Part shown: piece by piece, positions 39,544 to 51,816 of the stretch
Position numbering within the stretch: the stretch's first letter is position 1
Layout: every line of letters starts with the position of its first letter
Source of the DNA: Leucoraja erinacea
Taxonomy: Eukaryota
DNA: 64,000 nucleotides
Direction of reading: 5' to 3'
Assembly: GCF_028641065.1 (NCBI RefSeq)
Contig: NC_073413.1
Coordinates: forward strand, 11,160,001-11,224,000
Program-made: the position numbers and the translations under genes
The notes under the pieces: generated by a model
The model's input: the letters and a program-made list of their open reading frames with translations, nothing else
The model's database searches: none
Told to the model about the DNA's origin: nothing

Positions 39544-41756
39544 TAATGCAAGGAAGTTCCAGGCAGCTCTGTTCAGTGATAACAAACAAACGTGGAGAAA
39601 GATGCAAAAGGGGAACGGGTCCCAGGGGTGAGGAGTTTTTGTGAGAAGAATGAATTCTGAGAGAGAATTAGTCCCATACGATCTCTATTTCTTGGAGAAA
39701 AATCACCTAATTTTTTTCAAAATCCCACTAAAAACTGCAAAAAGAATGAAGCATTTTCTGCACTGGATTCATCTTTGGGCGTAGGTCAAATAACTCTCGC
39801 CTACTTTCTCTTAAATAACTTCCAAGTCAAAGAACACGTGTGTAACTAAAATCCTTATCTTGCACTAAATGCTATTCCCGTTATTCCCTTATCATGTATC
39901 TGTACGCTGTGAATAGCTTGATTGTAATCATGTATTGATTTTCCGCTGACTGGTTAGCATGCAACAAAAGCTTTTCACTGCACCTCGGTACACGTGACAT
40001 TAAACTCAACTCAACTAAACATTTATTTCACACCCCCTTGGGTATTTTCCCTGCCCAGAACAGCAGATTGGATATTTTACCTAAATTGACAGAGATATCA
40101 CAATTCCGGAGAAATGGTCAGAAATCTAATGACACCCCGCTCTCGTCACATGAAAAATGCATCAACACAGACTCGGCCTTATCCATTATTTACGCGGTTA
40201 GCAGGCGGTCTGTTGCATTTCCACATAGTGGGTCCCCCACCATTCCTGTTCCCCACCTCCACACATCTCATCTCCATCCACTCCCCACTCCTTCCCCTCC
40301 CCCCATCTCCACACCCCACCCAACATATTACCCTCCCCCTCCCCCTCCCCCACCCCACCTCCACTCCCCTCCCCCCCCCCCCACTCCGCACACCCCCTAT
40401 CCCTTCCCCACCCCCATCACCTGCCCACCCACATATCCCCTGAGCCAGAGGATTAGAGGATTTGGTCTCCATAACTCTGCCGATGACATCTGTTCTATTG
40501 CACGCCGTCCTGGCGTTTTGAGCTCCTGGACTTTCTACGTTTTCTTTCCTTCCTGCTGCCATTTGTTGTAAGCGATCCATATTGAAGATGGTAAATCTGC
40601 CCGGCTTATACTCTTATAGAGAAAAAGATCATGAAAAATCAGATCAGAGCCAGCCTGTGGTATTCAGGGAAGTTTAAGAGGCATTTGTCACTCCCAGAGT
40701 TAGTCTGACAGAAGATGCAGGGGAGACAGTGAGGAGATGGTGAGGAGAGGGTGGGGGCATTATGAAATTATTATCCACCTCCCACCTATTTTCCTTTCCC
40801 TCTTTCTATATATTCGTTCCATTTTTAACATTTGCTTATCAATTGCTATTAATTTCTATGCAGGTATGTATAATGTGTTCATCAATCTACCCAGTAATCT
40901 GTCTTATCTATCAGTCTATCTGTGAATGAGTCCAGCTCCCTCATTGCCCCCTGTCTCCCAGCACCCTGTGTCACTGACTGTGCCCCTGCTGGTGTTAATC
41001 CAGCTCCCTGGTGAATGATGGCAGCTGTTAACCAGTCTTTTATTTGCTGAGAAATTGGGCAGAATTTGAGCGTTGAGCTCCTGGAAGCTGACACCGCAGT
41101 GTGGGGGGGGGGGGGGGGGGTTTACAAAGGCAGAAGTGATGCCCTGCCACACACGAGCTACGCCTGGGACCCGATCAATAAATCATATGGATATAGGCTG
41201 CTCGACGACATCAATTGTGGATGTAATCGTAGGCTGGATAGACCTCTTGGGAGCTGAGGCGGCCTCAACCTTGCTCCTCCACCAGAGCTGAACAAAGAGC
41301 AGCTCATCAAAATTTATTGCGCGCATCGACTACAGGGCTTGTAATACGTGAAAATGACATTAAAATGTCTTCTCCCAGGGCAGACTGATTGAATTATTTA
41401 TTTGTCAGTGCGCTCCTAAATCTGTTTGTAAGCAGCATTCCGGTGTTCCCTGCCTCTTTCCTTCACACTTGCCCTGCCCACACTCTCACCTACCCTGAGA
41501 GAGGGCAAGACTGTAGGTGGGCTCCAGTGGATAGTAGCTGAGCAGCCAAAGCAAGGAGCCAGGATTCATTCACAATGTGGGTGTTGTGGTCAAAGGAATG
41601 TACTGGGCAGTTTCTTTTATTTTTTAAAAGAGGGTTTACTTCATTGTAAATACTTTAATCAAATGTGAATTCTCTCAGTCCTTGCTGATCTCTCTGCATC
41701 GAGTCCTAACAGACCAAAGCCCCCTCCGTAGAAGGTCAAAAAATAAAGACACCTAG

Positions 41757-42070
41757 TGTTTAGTTTAGTTCAGAGATACAGCGCGGAAACAGGCCCTTTG
41801 GCCCACCGAGTCCACTCCGACCAGCGATCCCTGCACACTAACACTATCCCACACACACTAGGGACAATTTACAATTTTTACCAAAGCCAAATAACCTACA
41901 AACCTGCATGTCTTTGGAGTGTGGGAGGAAACCGGAGCACCCGGAGAAAACCCACGCAGGTCACGGGGAGAACGTACAAACTCCGTCCAGACAGCATCCG
42001 TGGTCAGGATCAAACCCGGGTCTCTGGCGCTGTGAGGTAGAGTTGATACCGCTATGCCACCATGCCACCC
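41757..42070 (-). mobile_element. HE1-like V-SINE, near full length
   Basis: tRNA head, V-domain and CR1-derived tail. Confidence 0.85.
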
Positions 42071-42125
42071 AAGTGCTGTAGTAACTCAGCAGGTCAGGCA
42101 GCATCTATGGAGAACGTGGATAGGT

Positions 42126-42153
42126 GACGTTTCGGGACAGGACCCTTCTTCAG
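42126..42153 (-). ncRNA. Minimal hammerhead ribozyme motif
   Basis: Minus strand reads CTGAAGAAGGGTCCTGTCCCGAAACGTC. Confidence 0.5.
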
Positions 42154-42994
42154 ACTTTTCAATACAATGCCGATGGATTTAAGTCCTCACTTCTTTCCTC
42201 ATGTCTGCATTTTCCTTCTGCTTGTGCAGAATTCCAGTGGATGGAAGCTTTCTTGTTCCCTCCCCTCGGATAGTACAGATGTAGAGGGATATGGGCTAAA
42301 GGCAGGCTGGCAGTGAGACTAATGTAGATGGAGCATGTTGGTCGGCATGGGCAACTTGGGCCCAAGGGCCCGTTTCCCCCACAGTATGTCTCTATGACCC
42401 CTTATGACTAGAATTCCATGGATGAATGTCTTTCGCATTTTTGTGTGGAGTTCCCTTGCTCCACATCCCTTCCACATTCAGTGAGCATAGACTTCCAATG
42501 GTCCATATCTGTTACCATACCTCCCTTGCATCAGATCTCCATGGGTTCCCTTGGACCTTGGTGATTCCGATTTTGCTCGGAAGTCCTCAGATGTCTGGAG
42601 AGTTTCATTGGTACTAGAGGCTCCAGTGCAAATGTGGAAATCCCAGCCTTCATGCTCATACTTTATTCAATCCTGCAACCAAAACTGTTGGGTCTGGGAA
42701 GTGGATGTCATGGGTCAAACTCTTCAAACCAGTTTCTGGGGAGAATGCTGGTTTGCAGACCCGAGGCTCCCATAAAACCCATCCTCAAGAACATTGGAAA
42801 AGTGGAAAGAGTTAGCAAAATATAGATGAAAGTAAACTTATCCCTTTATCTGTAAATGTGTTATGGTGCGAGATCCGTCACAGTGTGTATAAGCAACATT
42901 GACCCCGATCTACTTTCATACCGATCTGTTTATCCGCTGAATATTATCCAAAATCCAAAATTAAATTATTAAAAAGCCTCCTTGTGTGATATTT

Positions 42995-43000
42995 TTTATT
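42995..43000 (-). promoter_or_regulatory. Possible distal polyA signal for slc17a7
   Basis: AATAAA on the minus strand within an AT-rich non-repeat block. Another candidate lies at 45259-45264, and the two cannot be distinguished from sequence alone. Confidence 0.25.
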
Positions 43001-45034
43001 CCATTTTTTCCAAGATTGGGGAATAACAATAAGATTCTGCATTCAGGGTTTGTGAAGGAGATAGACACTGGTGGAGTGGGAGCATAGTTATACAAGGGGG
43101 GGGCTTCACATCAGATCCACGTCCGGTCGGGAAGGGGATTGGGATGGGGCTGGAGTCCAGTATCTGTGCGGAGCAAGAGGACAGAAAAAGGCCGTTTGGC
43201 CTCTCATGACGGTACTATCAGTCAGTGCCATCATTCCTGGTCTACTTTTCTATGTATCTGCCTCAATTTCATGGCCTTTAAAACACTTACCAAATAAAAA
43301 TGGTTGGCGTGCACCTCGCTCTTGCCTAGTTGATGTTCCCTGTCGATGTTGAGGGCAAGGGCAGATGATCCTTTTCCGTCGAAGAGTAATATTGGTCACT
43401 CCGACACTTCACTCCCACCGTCACTCTCTGCTCCCAGTCTGTGTGTCCTCTCCCCCCCACCACCAAGTGTTGGCTGCTGCACAAGTGGGTCTCGGATTCA
43501 TCCATCACCGTGCAACCTGGGTCTTTAGGCTTGAGAACGGTTGGGAAATTACCCCCGGCCCCCACACTCTGTGAAACATTTCTCTCAACCAGAGTCACAT
43601 TATAAACCTCCCCCCCCCCCCCACACCCCCAAGTCACCACTCTCTGCGCAACTTCTAAGCACTTTCCTCAAACCCCACTCCCTGAGTCACATCTTGGCCT
43701 CCACTGCCACAGAGGGCAGTGGAAGTCAAGACACTGGATGGATTTAAGAGAGAGTTAGATAGAGCTTTAGGGGCTAGTGGAGTCAAGGGGTATGGGGAGA
43801 AGGCAGGCACGGGTTATTGATAGGGGCCGATCAGCCATGATCACAATGAATGGCGGTGCTGGCTCAAAGGGCCGAATGGCCTCCTCCTGCACCCATTTTC
43901 TATGTTTCTATCTAAACTCTTCCCCCAGTTACCACTCCCCGAGTCACATCTAAACTCTTCTCTCAAACCCACTCCCTGAGTCACATCTAACCACCCCCCT
44001 CATTTACCACTCCCTGAGCAACATGTAAACACATCCCTCAGCTCTCACACCATGAACAACTTCTGCAGCCGTCCCTCACTGTGTCCCTCATTATATGGGG
44101 GTCTGAGGTTGAGGTTTACAGTTGGGAATGACTGGGTTCCATCAATATCACCTGGGCCACCAGACTGAATGTTGTCAGTTGATACAGCATTAAAACATGA
44201 ACACACTTTGGACCAACTCCTCGTGCTATAAAACATCGGGGTTTATAGTTGAAAGTCTCTTTATCTGGTCAATATGAGAATGGCTAAGTTTAGTGAAGTG
44301 ATGAATTAATGGGATCACTAACCATTGACCTGTTTGACCTGATGGTTTGAGGTCCACTGGACCTGGAGATGAAGGGATTGGTGGTTGGGGGTTTACTGCA
44401 CCAAATAATTGGGACATGTTGGCAGGCCGTTGGCCTGGAGGTTGGCACCTTCTTGGACCAGGTGTTTGGCGGTTGCTGGATCCAGATGTTGGCGTTGCTA
44501 TGGTTTTGGTTGGAGGTTTGGTAATTGGGTGCTAATTTACCACAGCCAATTAACCCGCATTAGTAGGTTTACAGGTCATATGGCCAAGGGACGGGGGGGG
44601 GGGGGGGGGGTCACGGAGAATGTGCAAACTCCACACAGTAGGTCAGGATTAAACTTGGAATTATTGGAGACGTGGAACTACGCCACAGTGGAGGTACCCA
44701 TACCAGGTACCTGACTTTGACCCCCAACGACACTAAACTTTTGCAGAGTCCCTGGAAGATTTGGACAATACTTCTCTGGTGAATGCAGGAACAAACTGCA
44801 GATGCTGGTTTACACCAAAGATAGACAGCAAATGCTGGAGTAACTCAGCAGGTCAGGTAGCATCTCTGGAGAAAAGGAATATGCAATGTTTCGGGTCGTA
44901 ACCCTTCTTTAGACCTTTTTTTAGCGACTGAACATCCATAGTAAAGAAGAGGGAACGGGGGCCTGGAAAGCGAAGGTTATTAATGGGGCGAAGGGCACAA
45001 GGGATCTCGGACCGAGCTGGGAAGGGATTGGGCA

Positions 45035-45170
45035 AGCGAGGGATAGGATGGAATCGTGGCATGTGGAAATTATTTCCAGTGGGGTTGGAGCAGGCAGAAA
45101 CAATGGGTCTGTCTGTCTGCCAGGGCAGTTCTGCTTATGGGTTTTGGGGAGAAGGCAAGGGCGGGACTGG
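45035..45170 (-). mobile_element. Penelope-like reverse transcriptase N-terminal fragment
   Basis: LLPKTHKQNCPGR..., compared with the PLE motif YLLPKIHK..PGRPIVS..PTE.IS..D.IL; frameshifted. Confidence 0.6.
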
Positions 45171-46114
45171 AGGCTGTGGAGGGCAAATAATTCTGAAGTG
45201 TCCATCTCTGATCATCTTGGGCAGCCCATGGACCCTGTAACAGCAGTCTGCTGCTCCCTTTATTTCAGCTGGTCCTCACCTCTAGACTGTGTTCACACTG
45301 GCGGTGTCTCGGTAGGTCACTCATGTCATATTAAACTGACTCATTGCAACCACGAGCATACAAGATGGAACCCATCCTTGAGTGATGGTTCCATCATGTG
45401 GCCATGACCTGTGATCTACTCACTTGGTTCAGTAGGTCCAATCATGGACATTGGGTCAACTACTCATTTATGAAGCCATACAATGACTGTGTGTGGGAAG
45501 GAACTGCAGATGCTGGTTTAAACTGAAGATGGACACAAAATGCTGGAGTAACTCAGCTGGTGCAGGCAGCATCTCTGGAATGGGTGACGTTTCAAAGGTC
45601 TGAAGAAGGGTCTTGACCACACCACAGTTATAACTTGATCTTCACTCAACAAACGGTGTCACACATCGTTGGAGTAACTCAGCGGGTCAGGCAGCATCTT
45701 TGGAGGGAGGTCCACAGAGGGCGATGTGGGTCGGGACCCTCCTTCAGACACCGCTCTGCCTCAACCAGCTAACAAAAGTGATGAATCTCTGGCCCCAAGA
45801 CCAAGAGAGGGGATAGCATGAACGAGAGGGGCCAAGGAGGGGGATGGCTTGGTATCCAGGCCACAAGTTGAACGAGGGGTGGGGGAGGGTTCACTCACAC
45901 TTCTCCCAGAACAAGGACCTTTACACAAACACACACTCACACACACCTTGCTTCAGAGGGAGAAATAGTCCGTTAAACACTTGGTTACTTATGTACAGAA
46001 TATTCTACACGTCTTCTCCACTAAAACGGTTCGCTGCTGGAGTTTTGAGCAAAGCACAAAGTACTGGAAGAACTCAGTGGGTCAGGCAGCATCTGTGGAA
46101 GGTAAAGGACAGTC

Positions 46115-46142
46115 GACGTTTCGGGTCAAGACCCTTCTTCAG
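46115..46142 (-). ncRNA. Minimal hammerhead ribozyme motif, sense to slc17a7 and ~550 nt past its stop codon
   Basis: Minus strand reads CTGAAGAAGGGTCTTGACCCGAAACGTC; intact core with a 5-bp helix II. Confidence 0.6.
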
Positions 46143-46620
46143 ACTGATGGAGGGAGGGGGAGAACCTTTTCAAAGTAGGTGTGCTTTCAGGAGATTCCGC
46201 AGTGGAGCGGGAAAATCAGTCTGAAGAAGGTTATTTGATTAGTACGGATGTTAGGGGAGAAACCTGGGCACCCGGAGAAAACCCACACGGGTCACGGGGA
46301 GAATGTACAAACTCCGTACAGACTGCACCCGTAGTCAGGATCGAACCCGGGTCTCTGGCGCTGTGAGGCAGAGAAGGCAGGAGAATGGGGTTGAGAGGGA
46401 GAGTGATTGAATGGCAGAGTGGACTTGATGGGCCGAATGGCCTAATTCTGCTCCCAGAAGGATCCCGGCCCAAAACTTCGTCTGTCCATCCCGTCGACAT
46501 CCACAGATGTCGCTTGACCTGCTGAGTTCCTCCGGCACTTTGTGCTTTGCTCAGGATTCCAGCGCCTGCAGTTCCCCGTGCGGGGGAGCGGTGGTAGGCC
46601 GTGGTTTAGTGGCGGTGTGT

Positions 46621-46660
<40 letters not shown>
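46621..46660. repeat. G40 homopolymer (C40 in the slc17a7 mRNA sense)
   Basis: Direct reading; 28 nt downstream of the stop codon. Confidence 0.9.
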
Positions 46661-46661
<1 letters not shown>

Positions 46662-46688
46662 TATGGTGACCAGCGCGCTGCCCCTCTC

Positions 46689-47021
46689 TCAGGGCAGGTC
46701 CCGGTCCTCAGCACTGCCGTACATGTACACATCCTTGCCCTCTTCCTGCACCAGCTGCTCCTTCTTGTCCCAGTCACTGGCCCAGCCCCCGTTGGTGACC
46801 TGAGTGGTGTTGGTGGCACCGTAGCTGCCGTAGCCCTGTCCGCCCGCCTCCGTCTCCTCCGCCAGCTCATCCTCGTGGATGAAACCGCACTTCTCCTCGC
46901 TCTGATCCTCCGGCTCGGCCCACGGCTGCTTCTCGCCCGACGCAAACAGCCCGTAAAAGATGACACCGGCATAGTGAACCAGCGAGGCGATGAGGAAGAC
47001 GTACTGCCACTCCTCCCGTGT
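46689..47021 (-). CDS. slc17a7: VGLUT1 exon 12, coding part ending in TGA
   Basis: [56 protein letters not shown]...GYGSYGAT...[34 protein letters not shown]. The tail resembles non-mammalian VGLUT1 more than VGLUT2 or VGLUT3 (from memory). Exons 2-12 total 1660 nt and splice in frame to 552 aa plus stop. Confidence 0.88.
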   Translation of the reverse strand, partial: TREEWQYVFLIASLVHYAGVIFYGLFASGEKQPWAEPEDQSEEKCGFIHEDELAEETEAGGQGYGSYGATNTTQVTNGGWASDWDKKEQLVQEEGKDVYMYGSAEDRDLP

Positions 47022-47139
47022 CTGACACCCGTTCCGTCCCGTCCGAGGAGGGGAGTGATGTGGGGTAGGGGAGGGCATGGCAAAGGGGGCAGAAACAACA
47101 GCAACAGCAGTGAGAGAGGCTAACAGGTTGTGTGATTGT

Positions 47140-47715
47140 TGTATACACACAGACACAGACACAGACACTCTCCAGTCACACACACACACTCAGACACATG
47201 CACACTCACATACATGCAGGCACTCTCACACATACACTCACTCACATACACAGACATGCACGCACTCTCACACAGACACACACACACACACACACAGCAG
47301 TGCTGAACTATTCATTGGTGACCCTCAGACTATCCTTGATTGGACTTTGCTGGCTTTACATTGCACTAAATGTTATTCCCTTATCATGTATCTGTACACT
47401 GTAAATGGCTCGATTGTAATCATGTGTTGTCTTTCTGCTGACTGGTTAGCATTCAACAAAAGCTTTTCACTGTACCTCGGTACACGTGACAATAAACTAG
47501 ACCGAACCAAACACTAACATACACATGCACACGCACACACACGGTTGAACATGCACACTCATGCATACTCATACTCATGCACATACACACACACACTGTT
47601 GAACATGCACACTCACGCACGCACAGAGTTGAACATGCACACTCAGACATACACACTCATGCACACACACACGCACACACACACACTCAGTCACACACAC
47701 ATTCACCCTCACACA
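47140..47715. repeat. Degenerate (CA)n tracts flanking a Rex1 3'UTR fragment
   Basis: CA-rich at 47140-47295 and 47515-47715. Confidence 0.85.
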
Positions 47716-47753
47716 CGGCACAATCCCGCCTGTCCGTGTTCCTGGCTGCTCAC

Positions 47754-47881
47754 CTTGTGCTTGGTCATGGCACCCACGATGAGCGGGCAGACCATGCCCG
47801 ACAGAGTGCCCACACCATTGGACAGTCCCATCAAGATGCTGGCGTAGCGCGGGGCAATGTCCAGGTGGTTGACGTTGAACC
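47754..47881 (-). CDS. slc17a7: VGLUT1 exon 11 (128 nt)
   Basis: [42 protein letters not shown]. ctccag acceptor, gtgagc donor. Confidence 0.95.
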
Positions 47882-48049
47882 CTGGAGAGTAAACAACAGA
47901 CAGGAGGCAGAGAAGCGGCAAGCGGATTAAACCTCAGTCGTGCTTCTGTCTGTTCGATCGCCAACAAATTACACATGCTAATGTATGGTAATATATGATA
48001 ACGCAGTCACGTTTATGCTAATAGCTGATTCAGGCCATCTACATTTTTG

Positions 48050-48695
48050 CTAAGATGGACACAAAATGCTGGAGTAACTCAGCAAGACAGGCAGCATCTG
48101 TGGAGAGAAGGAATGGGTGACGTTTCAGGTCGAGACCCTTCTGCAGACTGAGAGTCAAAGGGGAGGGAGATACAGAGATAAGCATGGGTAAGGTTTTGGA
48201 GATGAGACATCAAAAGAGATGAGGCTCAAGGAAACTAGAATGGTTCATTGCTAGCTGGGAGAAGGCGACAACGAAGTATACAGATATAAAATGTAATAAG
48301 GGGACAGTCAAACTGGTCTGAGAACAGGTAAGGGGGGGGAGGGATGGAGAGAGAGTGGGAAAGCAAGGGCTACTTGAAGTTAGAGAAGTCAATGTTCATA
48401 CTGAAGGTAGACACAAAATGCTGGAAGAACCTAGCGGGTGAGGCAGTATCTATGGAGAGAAGGAATGGGTCCAAAATCGGAAGGGAGGGGAGGAAATGGT
48501 TAGTGATCGGGAGATCCAGCAGGCCTTGGTGTCACCCATTCCTTCTCTCCAGAGATGCTGCCTCACCCGCTGAATTATTCAAGCATTTTGTGTCTACCTT
48601 CGATTTAAACCAGCATCTGCAGTTGTTTCTTACACTCAATATTCATACGGCTGGGGTGCAAGCTGCCCAAGCGAAGTACAAGATGCTGTTCAGAT
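48050..48695 (-). mobile_element. Penelope-like 3' end with nested inverted terminal-repeat copies
   Basis: [18 protein letters not shown] fragment at about 48635-48690; inverted pair at 48405-48600; hammerhead with a mutated core (CTGCAGA) at 48119-48146. Confidence 0.65.
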
Positions 48696-48705
48696 GATGA
48701 CTCAC

Positions 48706-48816
48706 CTGAGATTGCGAATCCACTGAAGCCCACGGCCAGAACAAGGAAGGAGATGGCGACGCCTTTAGTGTGGGAGAACCCTACCACCAGCAGGAAGGTG
48801 GCTTCCATGCCGAAAC
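48706..48816 (-). CDS. slc17a7: VGLUT1 exon 10 (111 nt)
   Basis: [37 protein letters not shown]. tttgaag acceptor, gtgagt donor. Confidence 0.95.
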
Positions 48817-49544
48817 CTTCAAACAAGAGGAGAGAGAGTGACAGAAGAGAACAAGGTCAATGGAAGGGAGGTAGAGGTCCTTGGTGAGGTTTGAGGGACA
48901 TGTGAAGCTCGGTGCAACCAAAGCCAAGGCTCTGGCGGGGGAGGACCACAGTCTGGGGACCTTCCGCTGCTGGAAATTGAGGAGCAGAGTATGACGGAGA
49001 CACCCCTCAATGAATAATGGGTCGGCCATTTAGGACTGAGATGAGGAAAAACTTTTCCACCCAGAGAGTTGTGAATCTGTGGAATTCTCTGCCACAGAAG
49101 GCAGTGGAGGCCGATTCACTGGATGTATTCAAGAGAGAGTTAGGTTTAGCTCTTAGGGCTAAAGGAATCAAGGGATATGGGGAAAAAGCAGGAACGGGGG
49201 GTACTGATTGGGGATAATCAGCCATGATCATATTGAATGGCGGTGCTGGCTCGAAGGGCCGAATGGCCTACTCCTGCACCTATTTTTCTATGTTTCTCGG
49301 TTTCTAACAAGGGATGGGATATCACCACAGGTGATCAAGAATGTCAATGATGCGACATGTAAAGAGAGGTAGTAACTAACACCCCTTGAGCCTGCACAGT
49401 GGAGCAGCAGTAGAGTTGCTGTCTCACAGCGCCAGAGCCCCGGGTTAGATCCCGACTACAGGTGCTGTCTGTACGGGCACAAAGGGGGTGGAATGGGAGG
49501 GGGTTAGAGGAAAAATGAGAGTAGTGGGGGGGAAGTGTTTTGTA

Positions 49545-49775
49545 GTTACCTAAAAATTGCCAAATTCAATGTGTACACCTTTGGGTTGTGAGCTACCCAA
49601 GTGGAATAAGAGGTGCTGTTCCTCTAGCTTGCGTGTGGCCTCACTCTGGCAATGGAGGAGGCCCAGGACAGAATGGACAGTGTGGGAATGGGAAGGGAGG
49701 GGAGGGAATGGAATGATTAGTGATTGGGAGATCCAACAGGCCTTGGTGGACCGAGCGTGGGTGTTGGGTGAAGCG
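49545..49775 (-). mobile_element. Penelope-like GIY-YIG C-terminal fragment
   Basis: [48 protein letters not shown]. Confidence 0.7.
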
Positions 49776-49816
49776 ATGGAAGATGTTTCCACTCCAGCCC
49801 CTCCGCAGAAACAAAC

Positions 49817-49949
49817 CTCCGCAGTTCATCATCTTCCTGACGTTGGTGGTGGACATGAGGTTCTTGCTCCGGAGGAAGTCCGCCAGCTGCCCGCCGATGG
49901 GGACGATGATGGTCATGACGAGGTGGGGCAGAGCGGACAGCAGGCCCAC
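49817..49949 (-). CDS. slc17a7: VGLUT1 exon 9 (133 nt)
   Basis: [45 protein letters not shown]. caccag acceptor, gtttgt donor. Confidence 0.95.
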
Positions 49950-50527
49950 CTGGTGCAGGGGGAGAGGGACGTGGGTTATCCATCCCAGATGCTCCCGCGC
50001 TGGCAACAACTCTCGTCTTCAGCCATGGGTCGAGATGCAGCAACCCCCCCCCCCCCTTGGCACCTGCCAGCTGTGAGGTGGCACTGTCTGAGTGTGCTCA
50101 CCTGGTCACCTGCTTACCTGGTATCTAGTCACCTGGTGCCTGATCACCTGGTGCCCTGATCACCTGCTCACTTGCTATTCCGTCCCCTTGGTAAAAGAGT
50201 CACCCTATCTATTCACCCTATGAGGGGACTCCCTCAAGATTTTATACAGCTCTATAAGATCACACCTCATCCTCCTGCGCTCCAAGGAGTAAAGTCCCAA
50301 CCTGCCCAACCTTTCCCTATATCTCAGGCACTCGAGTCCTGGCAGTATCCGCATAAATCTTCTCTGCACTCTTTGCAGCTTCATGCAACTTTCTTAGTGC
50401 ATGGTGACCAGAAGCAAACACAATACTACAAATACTAATTTACTGAAATAATCGAGTTTAAATTCTCCAGCTCCCATCTGGATTTGGACTTACCCCACAG
50501 ATCAGTGTTCCAGTATTTGAGCCATTA

Positions 50528-50982
50528 CCAAGTGACCAGGCAACCAGGTAACCAAGTGACCAGGTGACCAAGTGACCAGGTGACCAAGTGACCAGGTGAC
50601 CAAGTGACCAGGTGACCAGGTGACCAAGTGACCAGGTGACCAAGTGACCAGGTGACCAGGTGACCAGGTGACCAGGTGACCAAGGTGACCAGGTGACCAG
50701 GTGACCAAGTGACCAGGTGACCAGGTGACCAGGTGACCAGGTGACCAAGTGACCAGGTGACCAGGTGACCAGGTGACCAGGTGACCAGGTGACCAGGTGA
50801 CCAGGTGACCAAGTGACCAGGTGACCAAGTGACCAGGTAACCAAGTGACCAGGTAACCAAGTGACCAGCCAGGGACCAAGTGACCAGGTAACCAAGTGAC
50901 CAGGTAACCAAGTGACCAGGTAACCAAGTGACCAGGTAACCAAGTGACCAGGTAACCAAGTGACCAAGTGACCAGGTGACCA
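50528..50982. repeat. 8-bp minisatellite (GTGACCAG/GTGACCAA/GTAACCAA)n in slc17a7 intron 8
   Basis: Direct reading; produces the spurious repetitive ORFs at 50458-50985. Confidence 0.95.
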
Positions 50983-51666
50983 CACCTATAAATTATAAAG
51001 TTATGACGTTAAGATGGGAAGGAACTGCAGATGCTGGTTTAAACTGAAGATAGACACAAAAAGCTTGAGTAACTCAGTGGGACAGACAGCATCTCTGGAG
51101 AGAAGGAATGGGTGACGTTTCAGGTCGAGACCCTTCTTCAACTAGTGTGAACGGGTCATCAATGGTTGACGTGGGCCGAATGGCCTGTTGCAATGCTGTA
51201 CCTTTAAATTAAACTAAACTCCACATGAAGTGTGGGTGGCGCGGTGGTAGAGATGCTGCCTTGTAGCGCTTACAGCGCCAGAGATCTGGGTTCAATCCCG
51301 ACTACAGGTGTTTTCTGAATCTTCAGTTTCCTCCCACACTCAAAGACGTACATGTTTGTAGGTTAATTGACTTGATAAAAATGTAAATTGTCCCTGATGT
51401 GTTTGTAGGATAGTGTTAACGTGCGGGGGCTGGTTGGAGCAGACTCAGTGGCAGATGGGTCTGTTTCCGTGCTGTATCTCTAAACTTCACATGAAGAGGA
51501 ATGGGTGACTGAAGAAGGGTCTCGACCCAAAACATCACCCATTCCTTCTCTCCAGAGATGCTGCCTGTCCTGCTGAGTTACTCAAGCTTTTTATGTCTAT
51601 GGTTTAAAGCAGCATCTGCAGTTCCTTCCTACACAAATCTTCACGTGAAGAGGGTGCAAGTTGTAC

Positions 51667-51816
51667 CTTGCTGATTTCGAATCCAAACACCTCCTCAAAG
51701 TAGGCGGGCTGGCTGATGAGAAGCAGGTAAAATGTCCAGCTGCGGCAGAAGTTGGCCACGATGATGGCATAGACGGGCATCGAGGTGAAGAACTTGCGCC
51801 AGGGAGCCTTGAACTT
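51667..51816 (-). CDS. slc17a7: VGLUT1 exon 8 (150 nt)
   Basis: [50 protein letters not shown]. cag acceptor, gtacaa donor. Confidence 0.95.

Noticed and set aside
50458-50985. Repetitive ORFs (GHLVTWSP)n
   Set aside because: These come from an 8-bp minisatellite with no stop codons.
51496-51548. Hammerhead flanked by a long perfect stem (GGAATGGGTGA/TCACCCATTCC)
   Set aside because: The GAAA box is mutated to AAAA and the stem register includes the cleavage triplet, so it is unlikely to be active.
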